A DNA stretch of 64,000 nt from Escherichia phage vB_EcoS_MM-1. The stretch lies in sequence record PV577657. One strand, given 5' to 3'. Made by a program: the position numbers and the translations under genes. The notes beneath the pieces were generated by a model, which made no database searches, was not told the DNA's origin, and saw nothing but the letters and a program-made list of their open reading frames with translations. Shown one piece after another: positions 1-9,941 of the stretch (position 1 is the first letter of the stretch; every line of letters starts with the position of its first letter).

Positions 1-123
1 GTCCAGTGGGTCGGGGGAGAATACTTAGTCTGCTAACCGCCACCCCCCGTTACTATTATCATGGTAATTGTTTCACCCTGCAATTAAAATGGTTGCAGGG
101 TGAAACAATTTCAACTTTAATTA

Positions 124-858
124 TTACGCAACTTTTAATTTCTCGATATATTGTTGCGGGCTGCAACTATATTCTGCGCGTTCTTCCTCGGTCATACCTT
201 CCCAACATAATTTCAAACGATCAGCTAGGAATTGATAATCATTATCATCATCGAGGGATTCATCAATAAAGGTTTCACCTATCAATGCCACGCCGATTGA
301 TAGAATATCGTTAACGGCTTGCGCGTCCAGCGTTTTAAATCCGTATGATGCCGCCGCTGATAGTACACCCTTATGATCATCAATCATTGTAAAATCAGCG
401 TTCGGATATAACTGTTTAAATAATTCAAAATAATAAGATTTATAAACTGCGTCTTTGCTGTGGTATATCTCGCTAACTTTATCAGCCTCAAAATATTTAT
501 GCAGTGTATCGCGAGAAAACACGCGGATATTACTATCACCACGACCGCGCAAGCCTTGTTTGCGCAAATAATAATAGTCCGACTTGCTCATTAGTCGAGC
601 GGTACAAATAATGTTTAAAGTATTTGCGTCATTCATGCACTGGCGCATATATGTAACAAGGGGCAATAAAGTATCTTGCATTATTAAATCATGTTTGCAG
701 GCTTCATTTTTATACTTATTTAAATCTAAATTGCCCTCGCTATCAAAGCAAGGCGCTACACGATGGAAAGAATTAATGATAGTGCCGTCCAGATCCCAAA
801 TCATGACGCGGGAAATATGCGGGAAATTACGGGTAATATTCATTTTAACTTGATTCAT
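124..858 (-). CDS. dmp: HAD-superfamily 5'-deoxyribonucleotidase-like (dmp-like)
   Basis: HAD motif I 'MIWDLDGTI' near N-terminus; start moved to ATG after GGAGAA RBS (244 aa); position at left end matches T5 dmp. Confidence 0.6.
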   Translation of the reverse strand: MNQVKMNITRNFPHISRVMIWDLDGTIINSFHRVAPCFDSEGNLDLNKYKNEACKHDLIMQDTLLPLVTYMRQCMNDANTLNIICTARLMSKSDYYYLRKQGLRGRGDSNIRVFSRDTLHKYFEADKVSEIYHSKDAVYKSYYFELFKQLYPNADFTMIDDHKGVLSAAASYGFKTLDAQAVNDILSIGVALIGETFIDESLDDDNDYQFLADRLKLCWEGMTEEERAEYSCSPQQYIEKLKVA

Positions 859-938
859 TTTGTTACGTTCTCCATTAAAGGGATTTAGTTTATCCAGCAT
901 TACCCGCTATTTATAAGCGGGTAATAATAAATCAACTA

Positions 939-1331
939 TTAAAGACCATAAGCCAACGCATCAGCGATAAAACTAACATCCTCACCGGATACGCTAGAAC
1001 GAATCCCCGCGCAGGTGTATACCTTTGCGCTCGCTAGCTGATCATCAAGGCAAGCGGGGCAAGGCGCGACAACTGCAAAGGCTAGACCAGATTTTACCGC
1101 GTCAATAATGATTGTTTCTTGTTTCATCGTGTCAACATAAACGCCTTTTGCTTTAATATGGCTGGTTAGTTTGCCTTGCGTATAGGCAAAGGTAGTAACC
1201 TGTAAAGCGTCATTGAAATCTAATAATTCATCAATAACGTGCCCCGCCTCGACGTGGTAACGTTCACCATTAGAATAAACCAGAACAATGGAAGACTGAG
1301 CGCGATCGAATGGAATATTTTGCTTTTTCAT
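939..1331 (-). CDS. hypothetical pre-early protein with HxE and PCxxC motifs
   Basis: 130-aa ORF; 'HVEAGH' and 'PCPAC' are reminiscent of zinc deaminase ligands but spacing is atypical. Confidence 0.45.
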   Translation of the reverse strand: MKKQNIPFDRAQSSIVLVYSNGERYHVEAGHVIDELLDFNDALQVTTFAYTQGKLTSHIKAKGVYVDTMKQETIIIDAVKSGLAFAVVAPCPACLDDQLASAKVYTCAGIRSSVSGEDVSFIADALAYGL

Positions 1332-1370
1332 ACTTATAAAACTCCAATTAGTTTAATATAGGGATTTAAT

Positions 1371-1661
1371 TTATTTGATAATAATCTGCATCTGGTACGG
1401 CGTTAATTCACCGTTTACGGGTAAATTATTATCGCTTAGCCACTCATAAAAAGCGCCATCATCATCAAAAGGAACAACATCATTATCACGATAATCGATG
1501 GAAATAATGCCATCCGTATTAGTTTTGGCGGCTAGGATAGGCCCAAAGCTGTAAACTTTATCGGATTCCATTTCATCCGGTGAGATGAATGCTTTTTCGT
1601 CCAATGTTTTGGGTAATGTAACTTTCATTTTTTGACTCCTGTAATAGCGGCTATATTTCAA
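1371..1661 (-). CDS. hypothetical protein
   Basis: 96-aa ORF packed between neighbours on same strand. Confidence 0.45.
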   Translation of the reverse strand: MKYSRYYRSQKMKVTLPKTLDEKAFISPDEMESDKVYSFGPILAAKTNTDGIISIDYRDNDVVPFDDDGAFYEWLSDNNLPVNGELTPYQMQIIIK

Positions 1662-1681
1662 GCCGCTAGGGGATAATTTAA

Positions 1682-3346
1682 TTACGCGAAAAATTTACCG
1701 TTTTTAAAGTCAATCAAAGTGCGCTGACCGTTTGCATAGGTAATTAAATGCGTTTGCGTCCAGCTTGACGCGCCAACGTTGTAACCCATATCCAGACTAC
1801 CAGCTACGCCAGCGGTATAAACGCCACCGTAAATGCTAGCGGTATGGGTGTGTCCCGTGTTTAGCTTGCCCAATTTCTTAAACTGTTTAGGATTGCCACG
1901 ACTGCCGTTAATGCCGTTGTGACCGTGTACGCCGCACTCAATGCCTGCAATCTTGAAAGATTGATCAGTGGTTAGGAAAATGGCGTTAAACTCACAACCT
2001 GCAACCTTGCGCAGCGCATAATCTAGCACGTTAAAAGTATCATCATGATCACTGATCGCCGCGTAAATTGCAGCATTCAGGCGGTGATATAGTTCGGCGT
2101 TGGCTGGATCGTCTTTGATGTTAGCATTACGATCATCTAACCAGCGGGATAGCGCCAAATCGTGATTAGATTCAACAATGATTGTTTGAGAGAAATCACG
2201 TTCCATTGATTCCAGCACGCGCCCCGTATCGATAAGATCATCCAGAACTTTATCACGTCCAGCGGCATACTGTTTTGCTAGGAATACACCGGATGCACGG
2301 TTATGATGATTGCGCGATGTAAAATCATGCACGTCATGGATAAACTGATATTTTGGTTTAAGAATATCAAGCAAGCTATTTTCGCCAGCCCATGACGCAA
2401 CGGCACAATCATCATCTAATTTTTCCGCATGAATATCGCCATACTGCAAGCCTAAAACATGCCCCGATGTTTCATAGCATCCGGCAGGAGTAGCGCAAAC
2501 ATTCAGATCATAAAACACCCCGCTTTCGTCCATTGTTTCAAGCTGGCGAACAAAAAATTCCCCGTCCTCGTCGAACTCAACAATCAGCGCGCCGAAGTTA
2601 TGCAGAGCTTCCGCTTTTTGTCCTGCTTTCTGCTGAATATAGTTTTTAAGCGTTGCCGTTCCGGTTGAATACATACGGCGCACTACTTCACCTTTTAAAG
2701 CTGGCACGCTTTCAGCGGTGATTTTAGCGTGACCAATTGCCAGCCCCTCAATATTGAGCGCCGTTGCAGTTTCTGCAAATCCTGAAAGCGGGTAATCTGC
2801 GGTTGGCAAAACATTAATTTCAGCCATGAAAGCAAAACGGCGGTTATTTAAAAACACGTTTTTGCTGCAAATATATTTATCAAATGCGGGATCGTATTTG
2901 ATACCGTCTGCACCTTCTTCATTCTGGAAGCCATTTTTATTATAAATATACTTAGAAACAAGCAAATCAGCACCGATATATTCAGCGAATTTTTCCAGAC
3001 TTGCTAAAAAGTTTTTATGCGGGAAAGTATTATTTTGAATCGACGTAATAATAAAGCGTTTACCCTGTTTTACTTCCCATTGCTCAACCGTACTAGAAAC
3101 AATTCCCGCCGCTTCTGGGCGCTCATCGTTTTTAATGGCTTTTGCTACTTTTGCCGCTTTCGGTTTAGCTGGTTTATTTGCTTCCAGCCAGTCGCAGATA
3201 GCGGTTGAATGCTTCGTTGTATCGTAGACCGCTTTTGATATATCGTCGCAGACTTCCAGTTTAGTAGCGCGCAGACGTTTACCATAGAAATTAAAGTCAG
3301 CGGCCATTTTCAGGATAACGGTTTGTTTTTCTGCGGAAATAATCAT
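1682..3346 (-). CDS. A1: A1-like pre-early protein, calcineurin-like metallophosphoesterase/nuclease fold
   Basis: 554 aa; motifs GDIH, SNHD, GHTH in phosphoesterase order; size and position match T5 A1. Confidence 0.6.
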   Translation of the reverse strand: MIISAEKQTVILKMAADFNFYGKRLRATKLEVCDDISKAVYDTTKHSTAICDWLEANKPAKPKAAKVAKAIKNDERPEAAGIVSSTVEQWEVKQGKRFIITSIQNNTFPHKNFLASLEKFAEYIGADLLVSKYIYNKNGFQNEEGADGIKYDPAFDKYICSKNVFLNNRRFAFMAEINVLPTADYPLSGFAETATALNIEGLAIGHAKITAESVPALKGEVVRRMYSTGTATLKNYIQQKAGQKAEALHNFGALIVEFDEDGEFFVRQLETMDESGVFYDLNVCATPAGCYETSGHVLGLQYGDIHAEKLDDDCAVASWAGENSLLDILKPKYQFIHDVHDFTSRNHHNRASGVFLAKQYAAGRDKVLDDLIDTGRVLESMERDFSQTIIVESNHDLALSRWLDDRNANIKDDPANAELYHRLNAAIYAAISDHDDTFNVLDYALRKVAGCEFNAIFLTTDQSFKIAGIECGVHGHNGINGSRGNPKQFKKLGKLNTGHTHTASIYGGVYTAGVAGSLDMGYNVGASSWTQTHLITYANGQRTLIDFKNGKFFA

Positions 3347-3436
3347 AGTAATAAAACTCCATTAAAGGGATTAGATTAATAACGGCAATATTGCCAAATA
3401 TAACGCCTCAAATAATAGGCGTTATAATTTGCAACA

Positions 3437-3634
3437 TTAATTTAAAGGCACTAGGCTAGAACTAACACCACAAGCAACGGCAGCGATAAAACAAAGCAAG
3501 CCCAAACGTTTTGCTAATTTAGATTTACGTTTAAAATAATATGAATCTAAATCATTTTGAAAATAAGCGAACAATAACGAGGGCGCCATAATAAACAAGC
3601 CTAGAATTAATGATTCAGTAGGATAAAAGATCAT
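3437..3634 (-). CDS. small membrane protein
   Basis: 65 aa with two hydrophobic segments. Confidence 0.4.
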   Translation of the reverse strand: MIFYPTESLILGLFIMAPSLLFAYFQNDLDSYYFKRKSKLAKRLGLLCFIAAVACGVSSSLVPLN

Positions 3635-3728
3635 TTTAAAAACTCCTGATTTAAGGGAAGAAAATAACTATCGCTAAACAGTTATATTATTGCCCCCTCA
3701 CTAAAAAAAGGGGGGCAAGGTATAACTA

Positions 3729-4136
3729 TTATTCGCCTGCGGCTTGTTTTACTTCCTCGGCAACGCCTAACAATTGCGCTACTGCGTCCAGCGTTTCAAG
3801 TTTTGCACTTTCAAGGCTTGCCAGATCATCGGCATCTTTGATAATGCCGGAATCGATAGCGTGTTTTGCAATAACGCGTACATAATGAGCTTTGCGGATT
3901 GAACTACCGCCGCCAACTTTGCGGGGCTTACCGCTTTTTTGATATGCTTTTGCGCTGGTCAATTTTGACCGAACGGATACGGGAGAAGCCGCGCCTACTG
4001 CTTTTGCAATCTCTTTCAGGCCGTCGCTATTTGCGAAATCTAAACCGTTTTCATTAATTAACTGTTGATACATGGAAACAGCTTTCTGAGTGTTTTCTTC
4101 ATTCCATGCGAATTTTGCGGTTTTAGCGTTAGTCAT
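3729..4136 (-). CDS. A2: A2-like pre-early protein
   Basis: 135 aa, immediately downstream of A1-like gene; assignment by size and synteny only. Confidence 0.4.
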   Translation of the reverse strand: MTNAKTAKFAWNEENTQKAVSMYQQLINENGLDFANSDGLKEIAKAVGAASPVSVRSKLTSAKAYQKSGKPRKVGGGSSIRKAHYVRVIAKHAIDSGIIKDADDLASLESAKLETLDAVAQLLGVAEEVKQAAGE

Positions 4137-4232
4137 GATGTAACTCCTATTAGTTTAATTTAAGGGATTAGATTAACTTAATGTTAATCGTTATATCCCC
4201 CTGAAATAAGGGGATATAAAGTTAACACTAAT

Positions 4233-4484
4233 TTACAATACAGCTTCCCATTTTTCGTTGCGTTGAACAACCTTTACAACATCGCCGGATTTAACGCGAA
4301 CGCTAAAAACGGGCTTGCCGTTGTTACTACGTTCATTTTCAGCGTATACCGCGTCGATTGTATCGAACGGCATAAGCGCCGCACCTTTAATACGTTCGGC
4401 CTTTCCGGTTAATTCATCCGTTTTAGTAACGAAAGGAATGAAGACGAATTGACCAACTTTCGGCGCGGTAATAACGTTTTGCAT
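4233..4484 (-). CDS. hypothetical protein
   Basis: 83-aa ORF. Confidence 0.45.
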   Translation of the reverse strand: MQNVITAPKVGQFVFIPFVTKTDELTGKAERIKGAALMPFDTIDAVYAENERSNNGKPVFSVRVKSGDVVKVVQRNEKWEAVL

Positions 4485-4519
4485 AATATAAACTCCTAGT
4501 TATTTGGGGATTGTTCCGC

Positions 4520-4549
4520 ATTACCTGCTAGAAAGTAACAGCAGGTAAT
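4520..4549. other. 10-bp stem hairpin (attacctgct / agcaggtaat)
   Basis: perfect inverted repeat with 10-nt loop; no flanking U-run on either strand. Confidence 0.5.
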
Positions 4550-4714
4550 AAGTAACAATCCGCTCGCCAATATAATCAATTTTAAAGAACTCCACGTAGG
4601 CCGCTATATCCCGTTAGGGGGCGGGATGCATTATGGTAAGCACCGACCGTCAAATTTTATCAAGTTATCGCTCTTATCGAACTGGGTACATCTTAAAACC
4701 TATCGGCTAGGTTG

Positions 4715-4918
4715 TCAAACAATTTTTTGCAATTTTTTATGATTTTCTTTTAGGTCAATCATAATATTTCGCCAGATCATTTCCAGACCTTGCTGGCGAC
4801 CTTTCTTGTACTGCGTGAATCTATATCTTACTGATCTTTGAGCTACTGTCAACAAATTTTTTGTTTTGCTATCTAGTGCCTTAATAGGCTTGCCAGTGAT
4901 CAAAAGCGTTTGTTTCAT
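4715..4918 (-). CDS. small basic protein
   Basis: 67 aa, Lys/Arg-rich; AAGGAA RBS upstream of ATG. Confidence 0.4.
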   Translation of the reverse strand: MKQTLLITGKPIKALDSKTKNLLTVAQRSVRYRFTQYKKGRQQGLEMIWRNIMIDLKENHKKLQKIV

Positions 4919-5365
4919 ATCGTCGATTCCTTATAATGAATAAGTTTACCGCCGATAGGCTTTAAGATGTACCCAATTTTTAAAGAGCGTGGCGGTAAAC
5001 TTCCCGCCGTGTAGTTCGTCATTGCCGCCCTACGAGATAAATAATAGGGGATTCCCGAAAATGGCGCAACCTTATTTTTGTAAAGAAATGTAAAGGTAAA
5101 ACTCACCGGACACCGTGCGGCGACGGCCTAAAATTAAAAGAAACGGGCGCGCGAATACCACAAAATAAAGCAAATAGGCAAGTAATTTTTTCATTTATAT
5201 TTGCTTTGCCCTACTTGACAAAATCTAAAAAGCTCGTGGTAACGATAAACGGCTTATCCCCTTATGATGGGATGGCTAAAAACTTTATTGCGTTCTGGAG
5301 CGTTTTAGGCGCATTCTAGCCTTGTTGATAACTTATCCCCAAAAGCAAAAATGAAATTTTCCTAG

Positions 5366-5398
5366 TTATCCACTTGACTTTTATTTTCCAGTGGATAA
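5366..5398. promoter_or_regulatory. inverted pair of DnaA-box-like 9-mers
   Basis: TTATCCACT and its reverse complement AGTGGATAA separated by 15 bp (consensus TTATCCACA). Confidence 0.5.
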
Positions 5399-5662
5399 CT
5401 ACTTATTTTATGAAATAAATTAATTGACTTTTATTTGTTAGTATGCATCGGAAAGATAGCAGACTAATAATTGCTAGAATGATAATCATGCTGGTGGATT
5501 GTAACGACCTGAATTATTAGCAGACTATTAATCACGGAAAAATCTCATTAGCCAACTAACTATTTCATGATATATAATATACATATAAATTAATGAGAAA
5601 TAATAACTATAAGAAATCATCTAGCTAAGTGAGAACCACTATCATTTAAGTTATACACAAAG

Positions 5663-5671
5663 TTATCCACA
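5663..5671. promoter_or_regulatory. DnaA box, perfect consensus
   Basis: TTATCCACA. Confidence 0.5.
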
Positions 5672-6025
5672 GCACTTTTTGACTTGACACGATAGGCGGC
5701 GATATAAGGACTTTTACACAGACTTATCTACAGGTTATTCCACTGTATAAATATACAGGGTAAAAAGGTAGTGTTAACAACTGCAATCAATTTTAAGCGG
5801 CTTAAATCGCATTCTAACGAGCTAAACGCTGCGGGGTAATATTAAAGTAAAGCCTTAATGCGTCGCCCTGGTGGCTTCGCCGTGGTTTGCTCTTTATTGC
5901 ACCGCTGCGCGGTTAGCATAAAAATAGGCGCTAGGCAAGGAAAATAAAAAGGTAAAATAATATTTGCCTATGCTAGAAATTTACCTTTATCATTCACTCA
6001 CCGATTAACGAGGGAGGCCGAACAA

Positions 6026-6805
6026 ATGAGGCTTTATAAACCTGATAATGCCACCGTTTTAAAAGGTGCATTGCGCAACCTGCTGGATGGTAGCAAGTCA
6101 ACCAGCATTAAACATTTTATTAACAAGATTGAAACTATTCATCAAAACTTTTTTGATGATTATGACGCTTATGATATGGATAGTTTTCTACCCTTATATA
6201 GACAAGGGGCAACGCTAGTTTTATATAATCGGGATTGCCATATCTTTACAGGCAGGGGAGCGGGGCCGGATACCGATTTTATTGTTGCGCAGGGTAATAA
6301 TATTGTTGCGTATCATAGCAATTCAGGCCGTCAATCATTTAATATAAATAGTTTTGAGCTTATTGGACTTGATCTGATAAATGGACTTTCTAGCATTGAG
6401 GGATTTTTAGATGTTATCTGGAAGTATTTACCCGCTGGATGGCATAAGCCGGATAACGACGGATCTCAATATACCGGTATAATGGCTTTTGATGGCGACG
6501 GTAATTTTTTGTTACCACGGGAGCTATACCCATATATTTATGATGGGGATATAGAAAGCGCTGGTTTTTCTTTCTGGAAAGATGAAGATCAGATTATTGA
6601 CAGCGTAGAAAACCATGCTGTAAATTCTAACACTCAAAGCGTTAACACTCAAACTACTGAAAACAAAGGAAAAAACACTATGACCAAGATTGCTAACATC
6701 GTTGCCGCTAATAAATCCGCCGTTGTAAATGCTGCAAAACTGGAAGCGGGTAAAATTGCACTGACTCAAATCACGAAAGTAGCGGCTAAAAAGCACCGTT
6801 CATGA
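6026..6805 (+). CDS. hypothetical protein
   Basis: 259 aa; GAGGGAGG RBS 8 nt upstream. Confidence 0.6.
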   Translation: MRLYKPDNATVLKGALRNLLDGSKSTSIKHFINKIETIHQNFFDDYDAYDMDSFLPLYRQGATLVLYNRDCHIFTGRGAGPDTDFIVAQGNNIVAYHSNSGRQSFNINSFELIGLDLINGLSSIEGFLDVIWKYLPAGWHKPDNDGSQYTGIMAFDGDGNFLLPRELYPYIYDGDIESAGFSFWKDEDQIIDSVENHAVNSNTQSVNTQTTENKGKNTMTKIANIVAANKSAVVNAAKLEAGKIALTQITKVAAKKHRS

Positions 6806-7035
6806 TTAAAGGCTATATTGATACGCCGATTGGTCGAGTAGTGATTGCTAACCTGCTAAGTGTAGCGGTTGACCAGTACGCACCGACTAACCAGAAAGCG
6901 AAAGCGGTAGCAGGGGCGGCTATGGAAGCGGCAATGCTGGAAATGGTGCAAAGTTTTAACATCGCTGAAATGATTGATGAAATGGTGAAAGGTATTGATA
7001 TTTCTACTTTTACCACTAGCACCGAAATCGAGTAA
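6802..7035 (+). CDS. hypothetical protein
   Basis: 77 aa; ATGA start/stop overlap with upstream gene. Confidence 0.45.
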   Translation: MIKGYIDTPIGRVVIANLLSVAVDQYAPTNQKAKAVAGAAMEAAMLEMVQSFNIAEMIDEMVKGIDISTFTTSTEIE

Positions 7036-7100
7036 TAATATTTAGTGGGGATTATTTCCCCACTTTACTACTCCCTTGTTAATTAATAGGAGGCTAACTA

Positions 7101-7595
7101 ATGGCTGAGGAAAAATACGGCTTCTCGCTAGGAGAAGTGAGCACGGCTAAACATGATATGATCATTTTAGTCGATTGTCATACTGGCTATTGCGGAGAAG
7201 GGAACACCGAAGAATACTTTGTTCCTGCTGGTACGGATCTGGACGCTTTCGCTCATGAAATGGCTATTGATAATGCTTCTCGTTTTGGTAGCGATGGCTA
7301 TGAAGACGAAGAAACTGGCGAATGGTATGAAAATGAAAACGTATATGCAAGCCTTTATCATTATCAGCTAAGTAAATCCGGCACATATGTAAACGGCGGC
7401 GATCCTATTAATTCCGTCATGAAATTAATTATTAAATATGGTGGCGTCGAGATAATTGATAACAAAGCGGTAATATACGCAAACCGATTAAAACAGCTTG
7501 TTTATATTCCTGATAGTACCCGATGGGATGAATACGCTGTTTTGCATGACGAATTGAAACGATGTTTCAATATTGAATCCCTGCAAGTAGTCTAA
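7101..7595 (+). CDS. hypothetical acidic protein
   Basis: 164 aa; AGGAGG RBS. Confidence 0.6.
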   Translation: MAEEKYGFSLGEVSTAKHDMIILVDCHTGYCGEGNTEEYFVPAGTDLDAFAHEMAIDNASRFGSDGYEDEETGEWYENENVYASLYHYQLSKSGTYVNGGDPINSVMKLIIKYGGVEIIDNKAVIYANRLKQLVYIPDSTRWDEYAVLHDELKRCFNIESLQVV

Positions 7596-7608
7596 TGTAA
7601 AGTTTTGT

Positions 7609-7638
7609 AAAGGTCGCCTTTTATGGTGGCCTTTTTTG
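7609..7638 (+). terminator. rho-independent terminator
   Basis: 9-bp stem (two G-U pairs) followed by TTTTTTGTT. Confidence 0.55.
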
Positions 7639-7700
7639 TTATAATGCTTTTACACCAAAACGGTGGATTGAAAATTTTCCCAAAAATTTGGAGGCTTAAA

Positions 7701-7931
7701 ATGGTTGCTTATTCTTCTGCTAGTCATCTGTTTACCGCGCAAGGCTGGGTATCTAATCGTGCTGTCATCTATGAAATGGTGCAGGAGTTCGGCATTGCTA
7801 AAACTTATAATACCATTCAGGAACTATATAACGCCGATAAAATCGATCAGCAAACGGCTGGCTTTTTACTGGATACCCTGAAAGCTGAACATTGCACTAA
7901 AAAACAAGCCGCTAAAATTGTTTTAATGTAA
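7701..7931 (+). CDS. hypothetical protein
   Basis: start moved from track 7623 to ATG after GGAGG RBS, because the 7623 extension runs through the upstream terminator. Confidence 0.5.
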   Translation: MVAYSSASHLFTAQGWVSNRAVIYEMVQEFGIAKTYNTIQELYNADKIDQQTAGFLLDTLKAEHCTKKQAAKIVLM

Positions 7932-7980
7932 TTAATAACGGGGCGTTACTTTCGCCCCGATAACTAGGAGGCTATCACAA

Positions 7981-8130
7981 ATGGTTATTTTTCGATCTAT
8001 TTTAGCGGGTATCTTGGGCGCTATTTTATCGTTATTTGCGATAGCTTTCGGCGTTCACGCTGTTATTATTGGCGCTGGCATTGCTGCGTTTTCTTATCTG
8101 CTGGGCTGCATGACTAGTAAAGGAGAATAA
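7981..8130 (+). CDS. small hydrophobic membrane protein
   Basis: 49 aa, below ORF-track cutoff; AGGAGG RBS; Gly/Ala-rich TM segment. Confidence 0.4.
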   Translation: MVIFRSILAGILGAILSLFAIAFGVHAVIIGAGIAAFSYLLGCMTSKGE

Positions 8131-8132
8131 AA

Positions 8133-8345
8133 ATGATCCGCAACGTTTCCCTTGCACGTTCGAAAGGCTTTAAGCTGGTGGATGTTAACACGTTCGAGTG
8201 GGAAGATTGTAAAATCGAATATGTAGCACGTAACAAAAATGCCTTTCGTGTTACCGAGAAAAAATTTGATAAGCGCGGCAACGTGATAGCTGAAACAGTT
8301 AAACATTTTGCCACCTTTTACGCTGCTTTCCGTGGGGTATTATGA
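8133..8345 (+). CDS. hypothetical protein
   Basis: 70 aa; AAGGAGAA RBS. Confidence 0.5.
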   Translation: MIRNVSLARSKGFKLVDVNTFEWEDCKIEYVARNKNAFRVTEKKFDKRGNVIAETVKHFATFYAAFRGVL

Positions 8346-8460
8346 TTCAGCAAATTAAAACGGCTTTTCGTTTTTGGGGCGTCCTGCCTTCAATTGGTTT
8401 TATTCTGATAATTATTAGTCAGCTAATGATCATCGGCGGAACTATTTGGGAGCTATGCAA

Positions 8461-8805
8461 ATGATAATTTATGAAGGCAATCGCTTTGTTGCTAATTGCC
8501 GTCCGGCATTATTAGCAAACTATTTAAACCAGCTTTCCCCAGCTTATAAGGGCGTTATTAATATTTATGAGGGAAAGGCGCATTATAAAATTAATGCGGT
8601 CGTTGCCCGTGAACTAGCATTTCAATTTTTGACCTTTGCATCTTGTGACGTTCAGGTTATGGGTGAGGCATTAATCGCGGAAAATGAAGAGGATTTTATT
8701 AATATTTTCCGTAAGGTATGCACTGAGCGCTTGATAATGAAAGGCGCGTATATTCAATCAACTGCGGAAAGTATTGAAACAGCATTTCGAAAGGTGGCGC
8801 AATGA
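8461..8805 (+). CDS. hypothetical protein
   Basis: ORF track 8446..8805; ATG at 8461 gives ATGA coupling with upstream small ORF. Confidence 0.5.
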   Translation: MIIYEGNRFVANCRPALLANYLNQLSPAYKGVINIYEGKAHYKINAVVARELAFQFLTFASCDVQVMGEALIAENEEDFINIFRKVCTERLIMKGAYIQSTAESIETAFRKVAQ

Positions 8806-9028
8806 GATTATATATTTTCGTTGGTAATGTTAAGGCAGCTAATGATTCCGCTGGTGGCGACAACGTTCGCCACCATTGGCAAAAATATATTTACTAGGAG
8901 TTATTATGTCTGGTTTAATGTTTACCTTATTAGTAGTTTATAGCATAATTACGGCAGGAATAGTAACTTATGTTACTAGTAAAATTTGGCCGGGAATATA
9001 TGGTAATTTTTAATAACGGAGCGTTATT

Positions 9029-9232
9029 ATGAGCAATAAAATTATTGTAACCAAAATCAGTACAATGGTTGATGTTTTTTACGTGCCAGATACGCCGGAG
9101 AATCGGCAAGCGGTCGAGCGGGGCGAATATGATAAAGTGATTTATGATCACGATGGTTATTATCAGTATTTGGTGGATTCCTACGGGGAGGAGGAGAAGA
9201 TCACGCATCGACTACCGGAGGAGGGTTTATGA
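9029..9232 (+). CDS. hypothetical acidic protein
   Basis: 67 aa; GGAG RBS. Confidence 0.5.
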   Translation: MSNKIIVTKISTMVDVFYVPDTPENRQAVERGEYDKVIYDHDGYYQYLVDSYGEEEKITHRLPEEGL

Positions 9233-9381
9233 AACGATGGTTTAATCACTGGTACAAGCGGTTTTTAGTACGCCGTCGCAAGTCTAGGCATCAAGATGAG
9301 TGGCGGGAGTGGGCAAAGCGTAACGGTTGCCCGCTACTATAATAATCACGGGGCGCAACTATCGGGAAGTGCCCCCAATTC

Positions 9382-9406
9382 TCAAATGAGAATCATTCTC
9401 ATTTGA
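9382..9406. repeat. 25-bp perfect palindrome
   Basis: tcaaatgagaat-c-attctcatttga, 12-1-12. Confidence 0.9.
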
Positions 9407-9626
9407 CCGCGCCCGCGATGGTTAGCCTGCTAATGATTAGGGTGTTACGTGTCGCCTTGTGTGATCGTTAGCGAGCTAACTAATTTTCAAGCCTCCTCCA
9501 ATTTTGCCCTTGTTTTAGTATCTCCACCAAAATTAAACGCGTTAGAATGCGATCTAGGACGTTTTAACGCTATATTAGAATTATTCACTGCGTAGGAATA
9601 CTGTATATTTATACAGTAGGATAAGC

Positions 9627-9708
9627 TGTGGATAAGTCTGTTAATAACACCCCAAAATGGCTAGGATTCTGTCAAGTCAAATCGTGCTGTTAATAAGTCT
9701 GTGGATAA
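9627..9708. promoter_or_regulatory. two DnaA boxes in direct orientation
   Basis: TGTGGATAA at 9627-9635 and 9700-9708, each beside a ctgttaataa motif. Confidence 0.5.
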
Positions 9709-9719
9709 CTTAAATAATA

Positions 9720-9910
9720 GTGTTTCTCACTTCCGTTCTTAAATACGAATCACTATCATTTGCGTTCCACTTTCTAAATGAGAATCATTCTGCTTTTTAA
9801 AGGAGAATCGTTTCACTTCCTGAATAATTCTCACTTCCATTCTTAAATGCGAATTATTATCATTCTCATTCCGCTTTTTAAATGAGAATCATTCTCATTA
9901 TCATTCGCAT
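9720..9910. repeat. array of direct and inverted repeats
   Basis: repeated cttccgttcttaaatacgaat and aaatgagaatcattctcatt units; ORF-free. Confidence 0.8.
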
Positions 9911-9941
9911 TCAGGCGAGCAGGGCAATTGCCCTGCGCTTT

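Noticed and set aside
6-269. 87-aa plus-strand ORF at the window start
   Set aside because: Overlaps the dmp-like gene in antisense and has no RBS
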